A stretch of 62,898 bases of DNA, the filler included, from Octopus bimaculoides (lineage: Eukaryota), in NCBI RefSeq assembly GCF_001194135.2. It is 5 parts of 4 records of this genome, joined end to end, with 100 filler letters (N's around TTAATTAATTAA, not from the genome) between each part and the next. Parts side by side here need not be neighbours in the genome. Positions count along the whole stretch, not along the records: positions 46,294 to 53,658 come from NC_068998.1; positions 53,759 to 60,874 come from NC_068989.1; 3 more parts are not named here. One strand, given 5' to 3'. The position numbers and the translations under genes are program-made. The notes under the pieces were generated by a model. That model did no database searches. It saw only the letters and a list, made by a program, of their open reading frames with translations, and was not told the DNA's origin. This document shows, piece after piece, positions 49,207 to 60,874 of the stretch (position 1 is its first letter; every line of letters begins with the position of its first letter).

Positions 49207-49290
49207 CTGGACCGGCCATAACCTATAAACTTTTAAGCATTACTGCTCTAAAGTTTTAGCGTGCTTCATTAATTTATGAACTACTGACCC

Positions 49291-49321
<31 letters not shown>

Positions 49322-50339
49322 CTCTTAAAAGATAGAGCTCAAAATCGATGCATTGAAGATACTTTATTGCAGCAACAATTATAATAGCAGAAACAACCAC
49401 AATAAGCCAAACCTATGCACAATATATATATATATATATATATGCATNNNNNNNNNNNNNNNNNNNNNNNNNNNNNNNNNNNNNNNNNNNNNNNNNNNNN
49501 NNNNNNNNNNNNNNNNNNNNNNNNNNNNNNNNNNNNNNNNNNNNNNNNNNNNNNNNNNNNNNNNNNNNNNNNNNNNNNNNNNNNNNNNNNNNNNNNNNNN
49601 NNNNNNNNNNNNNNNNNNNNNNNNNNNNNNNNNNNNNNNNNNNNNNNNNNNNNNNNNNNNNNNNNNNNNNNNNNNNNNNNNNNNNNNNNNNNNNNNNNNN
49701 NNNNNNNNNNNNNNNNNNNNNNNNNNNNNNNNNNNNNNNNNNNNNNNNNNNNNNNNNNNNNNNNNNNNNNNNNNNNNNNNNNNNNNNNNNNNNNNNNNNN
49801 NNNNNNNNNNNNNNNNNNNNNNNNNNNNNNNNNNNNNNNNNNNNNNNNNNNNNNNNNNNNNNNNNNNNNNNNNNNNNNNNNNNNNNNNNNNNNNNNNNNN
49901 NNNNNNNNNNNNNNNNNNNNNNNNNNNNNNNNNNNNNNNNNNNNNNNNNNNNNNNNNNNNNNNNNNNNNNNNNNNNNNNNNNNNNNNNNNNNNNNNNNNN
50001 NNNNNNNNNNNNNNNNNNNNNNNNNNNNNNNNNNNNNNNNNNNNNNNNNNNNNNNNNNNNNNNNNNNNNNNNNNNNNNNNNNNNNNNNNNNNNNNNNNNN
50101 NNNNNNNNNNNNNNNNNNNNNNNNNNNNNNNNNNNNNNNNNNNNNNNNNNNNNNNNNNNNNNNNNNNNNNNNNNNNNNNNNNNNNNNNNNNNNNNNNNNN
50201 NNNNNNNNNNNNNNNNNNNNNNNNNNNNNNNNNNNNNNNNNNNNNNNNNNNNNNNNNNNNNNNNNNNNNNNNNNNNNNNNNNNNNNNNNNNNNNNNNNNN
50301 NNNNNNNNNNNNNNNNNNNNNNNNNNNNNNNNNNNNNNN

Positions 50340-52830
50340 GGTGTGTATGTGGGAGTGGGGTGTGAAGGTTGGGGTGGGGTATGTGGGAGTGGAATGTGTG
50401 AGATGAGGTGGGGTGGGATGGGATGTATAGAGATGGTAGGGTAGGAATGTGTAGGGGTGGAGTAACAATGGAGGAGGACTATGAAGGGAGAGGGTGAAAG
50501 GGAGGTGGGTAGGAGTGAAGAGAAGTAGGTGTCAGAGCAAGAGAGGAGAGGAGTGGTTTGTGGTAGTGAAGGGAGGAAGTGGGTGTGAGAGGAAGAGAGG
50601 AGGGGGATTAGATGAAGAGGGAGGAGGTTTGAGCCCATGTGGTGCAAAAGAGCGAAGAGAGAAGATTAATTCCTGTTCACAGCGAAGACAGGAGTCCAGA
50701 TGACCCCTGCGTAAGGACAATCCGAAAACGGATAGGTGTTGTAAAGAATGACCAATAGAGTGGAAATGGCACGAGATCAGGGTGTCGTTGCCGCGGAGGT
50801 GTTCCGCGAACCAGCCAGCAAAGTGGCGTCCCGTTTGACCAATGTACAGAGAAGGATGGAGAGAGCAGGAGATGCAGAAGATGACGTTGCTAGAAGTGCA
50901 GGTGAAGGAGTCANNNNNNNNNNNNNNNNNNNNNNNNNNNNNNNNNNNNNNNNNNNNNNNNNNNNNNNNNNNNNNNNNNNNNNNNNNNNNNNNNNNNNNN
51001 NNNNNNNNNNNNNNNNNNNNNNNNNNNNNNNNNNNNNNNNNNNNNNNNNNNNNNNNNNNNNNNNNNNNNNNNNNNNNNNNNNNNNNNNNNNNNNNNNNNN
51101 NNNNNNNNNNNNNNNNNNNNNNNNNNNNNNNNNNNNNNNNNNNNNNNNNNNNNNNNNNNNNNNNNNNNNNNNNNNNNNNNNNNNNNNNNNNNNNNNNNNN
51201 NNNNNNNNNNNNNNNNNNNNNNNNNNNNNNNNNNNNNNNNNNNNNNNNNNNNNNNNNNNNNNNNNNNNNNNNNNNNNNNNNNNNNNNNNNNNNNNNNNNN
51301 NNNNNNNNNNNNNNNNNNNNNNNNNNNNNNNNNNNNNNNNNNNNNNNNNNNNNNNNNNNNNNNNNNNNNNNNNNNNNNNNNNNNNNNNNNNNNNNNNNNN
51401 NNNNNNNNNNNNNNNNNNNNNNNNNNNNNNNNNNNNNNNNNNNNNNNNNNNNNNNNNNNNNNNNNNNNNNNNNNNNNNNNNNNNNNNNNNNNNNNNNNNN
51501 NNNNNNNNNNNNNNNNNNNNNNNNNNNNNNNNNNNNNNNNNNNNNNNNNNNNNNNNNNNNNNNNNNNNNNNNNNNNNNNNNNNNNNNNNNNNNNNNNNNN
51601 NNNNNNNNNNNNNNNNNNNNNNNNNNNNNNNNNNNNNNATGAGGGGTAGGTGTGTTAGGGTTGGAGTGACGGGGAGGTTTAGTGAGGATGGGGAGCGTAT
51701 CAGGGAGGGAGAGCGGGAGGGGAGGAGTTGGGATAGTGGCATCGGGTGTAATGGAATGGAGGAGTGAGTGGAGTTTACGTTGTTTGGTGTGAGCGAGAAA
51801 TTCATGAAAGAGATGATTTAAATGGATTATATAACGTTAAGTGGAGTTTGCATGGGAGGGCGACTGAGAGGAGAAGATGGAAAAAGCAGGAGGGAGAAGG
51901 CGGTCGATGGTGTGTATTTTGGAGAGATTAAAACGAATAGTGGTGCGCATAAGGCGGTAGGAAGTAGTATGGAGTATGGGTAGGATGTTGAAGCAGAGTG
52001 GAGAGTGGGATGGAAATGGAGGCTGAAACCTTTAGGGATGAGGCGGTGATGAAGGCAGCGACTGAGAAAGGAAACGTGGCTTGAGAAGCGTGTTTTTTTT
52101 TAAGTTAGTAGGGAAGGCTAATAGAAGGTTGAAAGCAGTAGAAAGGAAGTGTGGTGAAGGTGGAGGAGGAAAGGTTTGTAATCGGACATGATTGAAAAAT
52201 GAGAAGAAAAGAGAAAGGAGAAAAAAGGGGGCAGAGAGAAAGGCAAATAAAGACGTGAGGAGGAAAAATTCAAAAGGTGTGGGGAGAAAAAATACAAGAG
52301 GTGAGAGGAGAAGAAAAAATAAAAACAAGGAGAGAAAGAAGGAGGAAGAAGGAAGAAACAGAGAGCAAAGGAGAAGAAAGTGAGAAGAGAAGACAAAATA
52401 GAGAGAGGCAAAGTAACAATGTGCAGATTGAGAGAAAAGAGTAAGAAGAAACGACAATAGGAAAAAGCAGAAAGTACAAAAAGAGTTTAGAAAAGTTCAA
52501 AAGGTTCAAACATCGTGGTGTATTGGAGCAATTTCTCATCAACGGGAGAGTCCAGTGTAATCCATATGTATGTAGGAGAGGTGCAGAAAAACCAAGTGGA
52601 AGTCCGTAGTGTAGGAGAGAAGAAAACCCAGGTAGAATAGTCCGAAGTGTAGAAGGTGTAGAAAATCCAGAAAGAAGTTCGAAGTGTATGAGATAGAGAC
52701 AAGATGAAACTGGTGCGACCATGTGAGCGTGCAATATATTATTGGGATTTACAAAAAAAAACAAAAAAAAAATACAAAAGACGAAGACGGGTGTGTAAAC
52801 AACAAACAGCTGTATTAGTTTAACACTCAG
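50340..52830 (-). mobile_element. Penelope-like element (Neptune-like); RT region hidden or missing in the gap
   Basis: Terminal-repeat segment at 52775-52828, decayed N-terminal ORF (PKGFSLHFH...SYRLMRTTIRFNL...FLAHTKQRKLHSLL) at 51640-52090, GIY-YIG domain at 50620-50912, C/T-rich 3' region. Confidence 0.85.
50620..50912 (-). pseudogene. PLE GIY-YIG endonuclease domain (uninterrupted over the visible stretch)
   Basis: DSFTCTSSNVIFCISCSLHPSLYIGQTGRHFAGWFAEHLRGND..ISCHFHSIGHSLQHLSVFGL...EQELIFSLRSFAPHGL. VIF..YIG corresponds to GIY-YIG, with the conserved EH, HF and E motifs. Confidence 0.92.
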
Positions 52831-52849
52831 TCTAGGGAGAGTCATTATG

Positions 52850-53658
52850 CCAATGGACTAATCCCAACAGGGAGATGGATGAAACACTGTTACAGTGGAG
52901 AAAGCTGGGTTTGTCAGTTCCTAATGCAGTTGAGGATAGACGGAAGCAGAGAGTATGGGACAATCTGTGCTCAGGTGCACTTTCAACTCTCCCTTTGACC
53001 AATCTGATTAATTTTCAAGTTATCGCCTACTTTCTGCTTGTGCAAAATTCTCGAGGGACTGGATTGATGCTCTGCTTGTGGCCAACATTGTTAGTCTACT
53101 CAGTCTAGATGGGCTCCGCATCTCCATTGCACTCAAAGTGGGAACCAACGTGTGTGGGGGTGTGTGACTGAGATGTCTCTGTGGTAGACTCCTCGACTCC
53201 ACAGGTCTGTCTCGCTGTCTAAATGCTGATCGTTTCGCTCGTCACACCAGGCTCAAGTTAAGATCCCCTCAATTCTGGAGCTGGCGGGATTATCCAGAAG
53301 TGATGGCAAGAGACCAGATGGTCTTACCCTTTGTCCCTGAGTAAGATCTAGGTACCTCATCTGGGACGCCTTAGTCTGTGACTCCTTTGCTCTTTCCCAC
53401 ATTCTGGATGCTGCAATAAATGGGAGGGTCACTTCTTCCGTAGCCAAATAGAACAATGTCCTTAAGTATTGGCAGCCGTCAGTGAACCATTTCTTCCAGC
53501 TTGTGGCATTTGAGACGTTAGGAAGGGCTGGGCCGCTAACAGTGAAGTTCTTGTCATCGTTGGCGGCTCACCTTACCGAGATATCAGGTGATACCCATGA
53601 GGGTGCTGGGCTGTTCCAACGCTTTAGCCTCGCCATTGACCGTGGTAATGCCACGAGC
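52850..53658 (+). mobile_element. CRE-like non-LTR retrotransposon C-terminus (zinc knuckle and restriction-like endonuclease), degenerate
   Basis: RLLSACAKFSRDWIDAL...LRISIALKVG...CLCG...RFARH...IPSILELAGLSRSDGKRPDGLTLCP...LIWDALVCDS...LVAFETLG...LFQRFSLAIDRGNA. Confidence 0.85.
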
Positions 53659-53758
53659 NNNNNNNNNNNNNNNNNNNNNNNNNNNNNNNNNNNNNNNNNN
53701 NNTTAATTAATTAANNNNNNNNNNNNNNNNNNNNNNNNNNNNNNNNNNNNNNNNNNNN
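53659..53758. other. Artificial scaffold spacer
   Basis: 44 N + TTAATTAATTAA + 44 N. Confidence 0.95.
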
Positions 53759-53769
53759 ATATATTATAC

Positions 53770-53880
53770 ATAGTGAGAATTTACATAAAACAAAAGACGA
53801 AGACGAGTGTGTAAACAACAAACAGTTGTATTAGTTTAACGCTTGGGAAGTGAGAAAGTCCTTTACGTTTCGAACCTACA
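53770..53880 (-). mobile_element. PLE terminal-repeat fragment with the 3' half of an HHR (GTTC-GAAA-CG-TA)
   Basis: CAAAAGACGAAGACG.GTGTGTAAACAACAAACAG.TGTATTAGTTTAAC duplicates 52775-52824. Confidence 0.75.
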
Positions 53881-55065
53881 CATAGCTACATATATTACAT
53901 ATGTATATATATACATATATACATATGTATAAACGCTTGTCTACTGATATTGGTGAAATGTTTAGATAGAATCGACGTAGTACACATGGTACAGATGGGC
54001 CCGGATGACATTGAAAATATGGTCGAGACCATCACGGTCTAATACAGCATGGAAGGGATTAGCAAGTAGAGCAAAATCATATGCAAAATCTGTTACCAGC
54101 TTCATGTAGCCTACATTACAGAATCTATTACGATACGTAAGATTATTATTAATATTTCCCTATTATTGTTAAAGCCTAGGCTCCATAGTAGATACACGAA
54201 AAACACATCACCGCCAATATCAGAATATATGTGGGTGGATTATCACCTTATATATTTCTACATTTTATAACAATAATTCATTTCAAAAATACACTTCAAT
54301 ATAACAGATAATATAATTATATCTTTAGAGTTCTTCATCATTTTCACAGAAGTCTGGTATTTCTTTATTCCTACATCATTTATTTTACTATAAGTAATTT
54401 CTGTGAACAATTTCATCTAGTTATTTGTTTCTATACTTATTCGTACGTTCTCATCATTTTATCATCGCAATCTTGTACAGAATCAAGAATCTCTTACTTT
54501 TTATTAGCAAGCTATTTGCTATCTTATCATTCTTTCGTCATAAGACGCAGTAGTTTATGATCAGCCATAAATACCTACTGGCTCCATGCTGACTGCACCA
54601 ACAGTGAATTTATACATCTTACGATTTTTATATTATTTGATCAGATCAGTACGTAAGTAACTTAATGTCCAAGGCATTAGAGTACAATACTAAATTCATC
54701 AAAGTCCTTTATCGTCAATTCTTGATATCGAGTTCGAATACTGCTAAAGTCGTCTTCTGGGTTTTGTTCTTTGTTTTTTGAAGTGATGATAAATTAAGTA
54801 CTTGCTTTAATGTTACTTTTTGCCAGGTCACTTTTCATAAAACATATCTATGATCAAAGATGTTACAACTATAAACATACCGTCTTTTACTGAGGACTAC
54901 ATTAACCAATATGCCTTTCTTTTTTAAGGCGGTAATGTGAAATTTAAAGTAAGTAATTCTAGCATGTTGCATGCCTACATTGAGACTTCTTCATTAGCTC
55001 AGTAAATAGCAGTCAAATACTGATGTTCATTCATTTATTGACACCAATATTTGACTGGTATTGGT

Positions 55066-55300
55066 GAAGGCACATGACTTAGAGGTTAAGGTGTTAGATT
55101 CATGATCGTTAGATTGTGGTTTCAATTCCTGGACCGGGCGATTCGTTGTGTTCTTGAGCAAGACAATTCATTTCACGTTGCTCCAGTCCACCCAACTAGT
55201 AAAAATGAGTAATGCTGCAATAGACCGGTTTGCCGTCCACGGAGAGAATATTATATTTCAGAGAAACCGGGAAGCCGGCCCTGTGCACCTTACGGAGTAA
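55066..55300 (+). mobile_element. SINE family C
   Basis: TGACTTAGAGGTTAAGG...GTTTCAATTCCTGGACCGGGCG...CACGTTGCTCCAGTCCACC. Confidence 0.85.
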
Positions 55301-55539
55301 TGTGGAGCAATCATTTATTGATAGTTTCCTCCCCTAAAGTATGTAATATATGAATGCTGAATTAATCGACTTCTAGAAATTAACCTAGAGTCCAAACTAA
55401 ATATAGAAATGAAAGAAAAAGGCATTGGAGGGGCGATCCATGCCCTGCGCACACACAAAGTTAAAATGAAATTTAATTTAATAAATATATTCTCATATGA
55501 ATTCATATTTCAACAAAATAGAATAAAAGGCAAAGTCAA

Positions 55540-55670
55540 ACTCGGTGGAATTAGGATGAAAGGCAATGTCGAAAGGATAAGTCGAACTCGGTGGAATCTA
55601 TATACTCAGATCGTAAAAACGGTCGAAAGGCCGCTCAGCACGTTAACGATTCTGCCAGCTCGCAACCCTT
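55540..55670 (-). mobile_element. SINE family A, diverged and duplicated pieces
   Basis: GGCAAAGTCAAACTCGGTGGAAT, GGATGAAAGG, and GCACGTTAACGATTCTGCCAGCTCGC. Confidence 0.65.
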
Positions 55671-56659
55671 GAATATTTTAAAATATCAATGATCTCCTTC
55701 TTCGAACAGCTGCTCTCAGCTACTTATCACCATTGTCTTGTTTTCTTCTGGGCTATAATATTCAGTGCCTTAAGCCCCCATTTTTTTTTTTTACCTTCTT
55801 TGTTGTGTCTTACGCTACAGTGGCCTCAAGCCTTGCTTGGCACATAATTGTATGAAAACATATTTAGAATACGAGAGATCGGAGGATGGACAGCATTACA
55901 AAATCCGTTTGTAGTGATTAATAAGATTAGTTGCTCTTAAGAGTGATGAGTCGAAAAATCAGAGGTTTCGAACAAATGATCTTCGATGACGTGAAATATA
56001 ATCCAAAATATTGACTTGTCTTTAATCCTAAACATCAGCTTTTTCTCATTCTTCAGATACATAGTAGTTTGTGTGCGTGTGTGTGTCCATATAAAAATGC
56101 ATCATGATTAATACTGATTTTATTTCAGATATTAGCAGCAAAAAGTAACGCGCATGCGCACGCACACAAACACACACACACATACACAAATGTTTTGGGA
56201 TTTTTTTCCAAGAATGTACTATGTTTGTTAACACAGCTATCCAAAAGTCGTTGACAGATTTCAGAACGATTTTTCTTTGTACAATTCTGTAAATTATTTT
56301 GGGATTCACTTTACGCAAATGACTTCTATTAAACCCAAGTCTGATGCAAAATGATTCTTTAGACAGAACGGCGAATAACATACATATATGGTTATGATCC
56401 TTAATACAAGGGAGGTAACTATCTCCTCACAACACAAGGTGGTACTAGAATTTTGAATCTACAATTAAGGCATACGAAATCCTACATATCACTTGCCACT
56501 TTTCTATGTGCCAATAGAAGCAAGAACCTGGATTGTGTCCACTATAACACCTTTAAAATCCATGAGTAATTAAAAAGAAAGAACTACAAAGCGGTGCCCC
56601 AAAAGGTCGCAGTATAATGACGGAAACTAGTAAGGGATAAAAGATAACGATGCAGAAAA

Positions 56660-56840
56660 GATTTCAAGTTTTGGCACAAATTTCGACAGCCAGTCTTCAA
56701 CTGGTACTTATTTTATCGGCCCCGAAAGAATGAAAAGCAAAGCTGACCTCGGCGGAATTTGAATTTGGAACACGAAGACGGACGAAATGCCGCTAAGCAT
56801 TTTGCGCGGCGTACTAACGATTCTGCCAACTCGCCGCATT
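56660..56840 (-). mobile_element. SINE family A
   Basis: CTGGTACTTATTTTATCGGCCCCGAAAG...CTCGGCGGAATTTGAA...CGCTAAGCATTT...AACGATTCTGCCAACTCGCC. Confidence 0.88.
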
Positions 56841-57732
56841 GAACAATGAAGAAAAAGATTACCTGAAGACGTCTTCCATAATTTGTCTATGCAATGGCTG
56901 AAAACTCATGCACTAAACAGTTATCAATTCGCAAATCGAAATAATAACAAAACAACGTTTACGTTTTAAATAAACTCCTTTATGTATTTTAAATTTTCTC
57001 CCTACAAAATTGATTTTTTTTGTTTTTCATATTTCCTTCTTATATTTTTCTATTTATATATTTTGGAATTGAGAGTCGAAAATACTGTCAACATTGTCAA
57101 TATTGTCAATGGCTTTTATCAATTGTTATTTCTAACGCGATTTCAAACTTGTTTTAATAACCGAACAGATACAGCAATGGCATGGCAGATTGATTAACAA
57201 ATAAATGTGCCTGCAAAATTTTATGTCTTGAGATTGAATATGCTTTTTTTTTTAATAATAATAACTGAAAATTGCAGATTCTTGCACGAATATCCTTTAT
57301 AGCATCTAAAATTGATTTTAAGGGAAGATGATTACACGAAGCACTGACGTTTTTCTGTAATTTCTAATTCAAGGGGCGACAAGGTGGGGAGAAAACTGTT
57401 TTTGAAGAGAGAAAAAAGAAAAACACATCCACACGCAAAACAAAAAATACCTGAAGAGGTAATATCATACTAAGAGCTCCTTATCTCTTCTCATATTTCT
57501 CCGCCCACAAAGAAACTTTTTGTTTTTTCTTTAAATTTGATTCGATATACGGAACCATGTTTTGTGTCACAGTGAACAATACGTTTCTGAGATTCTACTC
57601 CGACAACATAATGAGATTAGGCAAAATTGGCAGTAATGATGATATTCAGTGCCATACCTTTAATAATGCACTGGAATTAATAATTACAATAATACTCCCA
57701 CTCATTACAACTGTTTATTTTAAAGACACAAG

Positions 57733-58050
57733 TGCGGTTGTGTGGTAAAGAAGCTCGCTTTGCAACCATGAGGTTTCGCTTCAACCTTGCTGCACGACAC
57801 CTCGGCCTAATGTTTTCTACTATAGTCCTGGGCTGACCGATGCCTTGTAAGTGAACTTAGTAGACGAAAACTGCGTGGAAGTTCGTCATATATATGTCTG
57901 TATGTGTGCGTGTACGTTTGCACGAGCTTTTGTATTTGTGTTTGCATTTGTCACTCACCCCTTGACGATCGGTATTGTAACTAAGCGATTCGACAAAAGA
58001 TATCAATTGAAAAAGAAACCCGGCTTGAAAACAAGGGTCGATCTTTTTTT
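57733..58050 (+). mobile_element. SINE family B
   Basis: GTGCGGTTGTGTGGTAAAGAAGCTCGC...TTCTACTATAGTCCTGGGCTGACC...GTAGACGAAAACTG...GGGTCGAT. Confidence 0.8.
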
Positions 58051-58122
58051 TTCACTAAAGATAGATAGATAGATAGATAGATACATACATACATACATAC
58101 ATACATACATACATACATACAT

Positions 58123-58731
58123 AGTCAAGAATGAAACCACAGAGTTCACGGAAAAGTATAGGCCCATTTCTTGCCTAAACGTTATGTACCAACTGTAAAC
58201 AAACTGCCTCAACCAATTCCTCCAAGATCATTGTGAGGTCAACAATATAGTGAGTGATGAGCAGGCCGGTGGAAAGAAAATTGTACGTCTAAAACATCGC
58301 AGAAGTCTTACAGCAGTATGACTTGGTTATAGGAAGGCATTTTACTCTATTTCCCATTCATGGCTGTTGAAATGTCTACATTTAGCAAAAGTGCCTGCTA
58401 CCTTAATTGCGGTCATTGAGAGGCTTGCAAAGACTTGGGAAGCAATTCTTGCACTCAGAACTGAGAACAGAACGATCGTCCCCAATGTTATAAATATTTC
58501 AAGGAGAATATCTCAAGGAGAAAGTGTTTCTGTAATTCTGCTCATTTTGACATTAAATCCATTATCATTCCTGCTATATAAACTAAATGACTCCATACTA
58601 GGGTCTGCAACTGCTAGGGATATTAATGTACCCCATAATTTTTTTTAATGAATGACCTCAAAATTTATGCTAGAAATGTTAACAGCTGGAATTAGGAACA
58701 TTTTCAGCTGACACAGGATTGCAATTTGGCA
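58123..58731 (+). pseudogene. R4/NeSL-type non-LTR retrotransposon RT fragment
   Basis: EKYRPISCLNVMYQL...EQAGGKK...GYRKAFYSISHSWLLKCL...RRISQGESVS...LNPLSFLL...FLMNDLKIYA...FSADTGLQFG, i.e. RT domains including QGD-like and FMDD-like motifs. Confidence 0.9.
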
Positions 58732-58757
58732 ATATATATATATATATATATATACAT

Positions 58758-58826
<69 letters not shown>

Positions 58827-58918
58827 NNNNNNNNNNNNNNNNNNNNNNNNNNNNNNNNNNNNNNNNNNNNNNNNNNNNNNNNNNNNNNNNNNNNNNNNNN
58901 NNNNNNNNNNNNNNNNNN

Positions 58919-58974
<56 letters not shown>

Positions 58975-58978
<4 letters not shown>

Positions 58979-59140
58979 ATCAAACGGCCAGCTACCACAC
59001 AGTTTCCGTCCAGCTAATTTAGGAGTCAAGTTACCGATCAGCCCTAAGTAACGGTTCATGGCACAGTTCTAAGGTACCGTGCAATGGAACTGAACACAAA
59101 ATTATATGGTTGCTAAGCTAGTTTTTTTAACCAAACAGCC
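58975..59140 (-). mobile_element. SINE family B, diverged head
   Basis: AAGGTACCGTGCAATGGAACTGAAC...ATATGGTTGCTAAGCTAG is similar to the reverse-complemented family B head. Confidence 0.55.
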
Positions 59141-60125
59141 AAGCATTCATCCTCTCGTCTAAGCTCGTTTGTCTCCATGTTATATGGCACCAAGGATTTC
59201 AGTTCTATACCGAAAAACCAATTAAGCAACCATAATCATTAGATATTCATCACTCTGTAGCCTACACTTAGTAATTCTCTCACCCAGTGGCGTCTACGTG
59301 GTCGTCCAAGAGGACCCTCCTTGTTTAAGGCGGTAGAAAGGAATTTGGCTGCTATTGCTACAATGTTACCAAATTCCCCAAAAAAGACGGAATGGTCAAG
59401 GCTGGAATGTCGTTGATTATAGTTTTGTTCGACCATAACTTATCACGGCAGTACCCTCGACGGCCTAATCGGTAAGTGAATGACCCCGCTTATACATTGC
59501 ACCACCCATCCAATTATTTTACAGTCTGTATTCCTTTTTAATTGATTACGGAGTAGAATTTGAATTAAAGAGCATGGATGACATTACTATTCAATATTGG
59601 TAATTTTAGAATTCTTACAAACGTTTGTAATCGATAAATGTTAGCGGCTAGAAGTGGTTTATTCAGTCTCACAAAACTCAGTTGATATTTTCATTTCTAT
59701 ATTCTTTGATTTTATTTTTGCTTTACGCAGACTTCCTTACAGCTGGAATTATTTTACTGTTGAAAGTTTCTTCCTTTTATTAAATAAATTTGAATGACAC
59801 GAAAATATATAGATGTATAATTACAGAGCGATTATTCAAAAGTTATTAACTTCAAAACACTTTATCTAACGATTACATTTCAAAAATGATTTAATAGCTT
59901 ACGCCTACTCATCACTGTTTGACAATTATCTGAGGTGATAGACAACGATGAAGAGATTGGTAGAATCGCTAAAAAACATTAATCTAAATTTGTTGCAGTA
60001 TTTAGTTTACATCCATTTTCGCATTTTCCTTCCGTGTTCAAATCCCACTGGCATCGACTTAGTCTTTAGCCACACAGAGCTGCGCTTGGTAGTGCAGTGA
60101 AAGCGCGTGATAAAAATAAAACTAT

Positions 60126-60128
<3 letters not shown>

Positions 60129-60201
<73 letters not shown>
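60129..60201. repeat. (AAT)n microsatellite
   Basis: Directly visible; abuts the 5' end of an R4-type insert. Confidence 0.95.
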
Positions 60202-60205
<4 letters not shown>

Positions 60206-60345
60206 CTATGCTGGATCATAGATATAGCATGAGAAAAAAAAACTATGCTGGGTCATAGATATAGCATGAGAAAGAAAACAAACTATGCTGGATCATAGAT
60301 ATAGCTTGAGAAAAAAAAACTATGCTGGATCATAGATATAGCATG
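60201..60345 (+). repeat. Four tandem ~39-bp copies of the LINE 5'-truncation end
   Basis: AACTATGCTGGATCATAGATATAGCATG-A-rich x4; the unit encodes KLCWIIDIA, which runs into the RLE frame. Confidence 0.9.
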
Positions 60346-60874
60346 CCCAGCTGACAACAAGGTATGCGATAAGGAAGAAAAGTTGAGAGATATGACAGGT
60401 TAGCTTGGGAAGTTAAGCAGTTGTGGTCAATGAAAACGGTAGCAGTAGTACCAATAATTGTCGGAGTCCTGGGAACAGTGAGCGAAAATCTCGAGAAGTA
60501 CGTGGAACAAATAGGGGCTGCAATAAAGGTGGAGCACTTGCAGAAAATCACCAGGTACTCTGAATTGAAAGGGGAAATGGCAAAACTGTATGGAATGCGA
60601 GAGGGTGGTGTAAGAGTGATACCAGTGGTGATTGGAGTGTTTGGCTCAATCATATTGAAACTTCAAAACTTTTTAAGGCAATTGGAAATCCCATACAAGA
60701 TTCATGTTCTGCAAAAAGCAGCCATATTGGACGCAGTGCACATCTTAAGGAAAGTATTATCTGCCTGAGGTCCTTGTTGTGACTTGACAGATGACTAAAG
60801 ACTCCGCTGCATTTTTACCTACACTGTGTAACGAAAGAAGAAGAAGAAGAAGAAGAAGAAGAAGAAGAAGAAGA
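60317..60874 (+). mobile_element. R4/Dong-type LINE 3' end; two different RLE termini fused in frame, then 3'UTR and (GAA)n tail
   Basis: IDIACPADNKVCDKEE..RYDRLAWEVKQLWSMKTVAVVPIIVGVLGTVSENLEKYVEQIGAAIKVEHLQK | ITRYSELKGEMAKLYGM..VRVIPVVIGVFGSI...LQKAAILDAVHILRKVL*. Confidence 0.9.

Noticed and set aside
52775-53880. CRE fragment flanked by two PLE repeats as a large TSD or LTR pair
   Set aside because: The second repeat lies across an artificial scaffold spacer, so the arrangement is not supported by contiguous sequence.
53940-54270. Short hydrophobic minus-strand frames suggestive of a membrane protein
   Set aside because: Frequent stops in all frames and no diagnostic motif; AT-rich DNA yields such peptides by chance.
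60201-60345. CRISPR-like array of ~28-bp repeats
   Set aside because: The intervening sequence is just A-runs rather than unique spacers; the repeat is LINE coding sequence and the context is eukaryotic.
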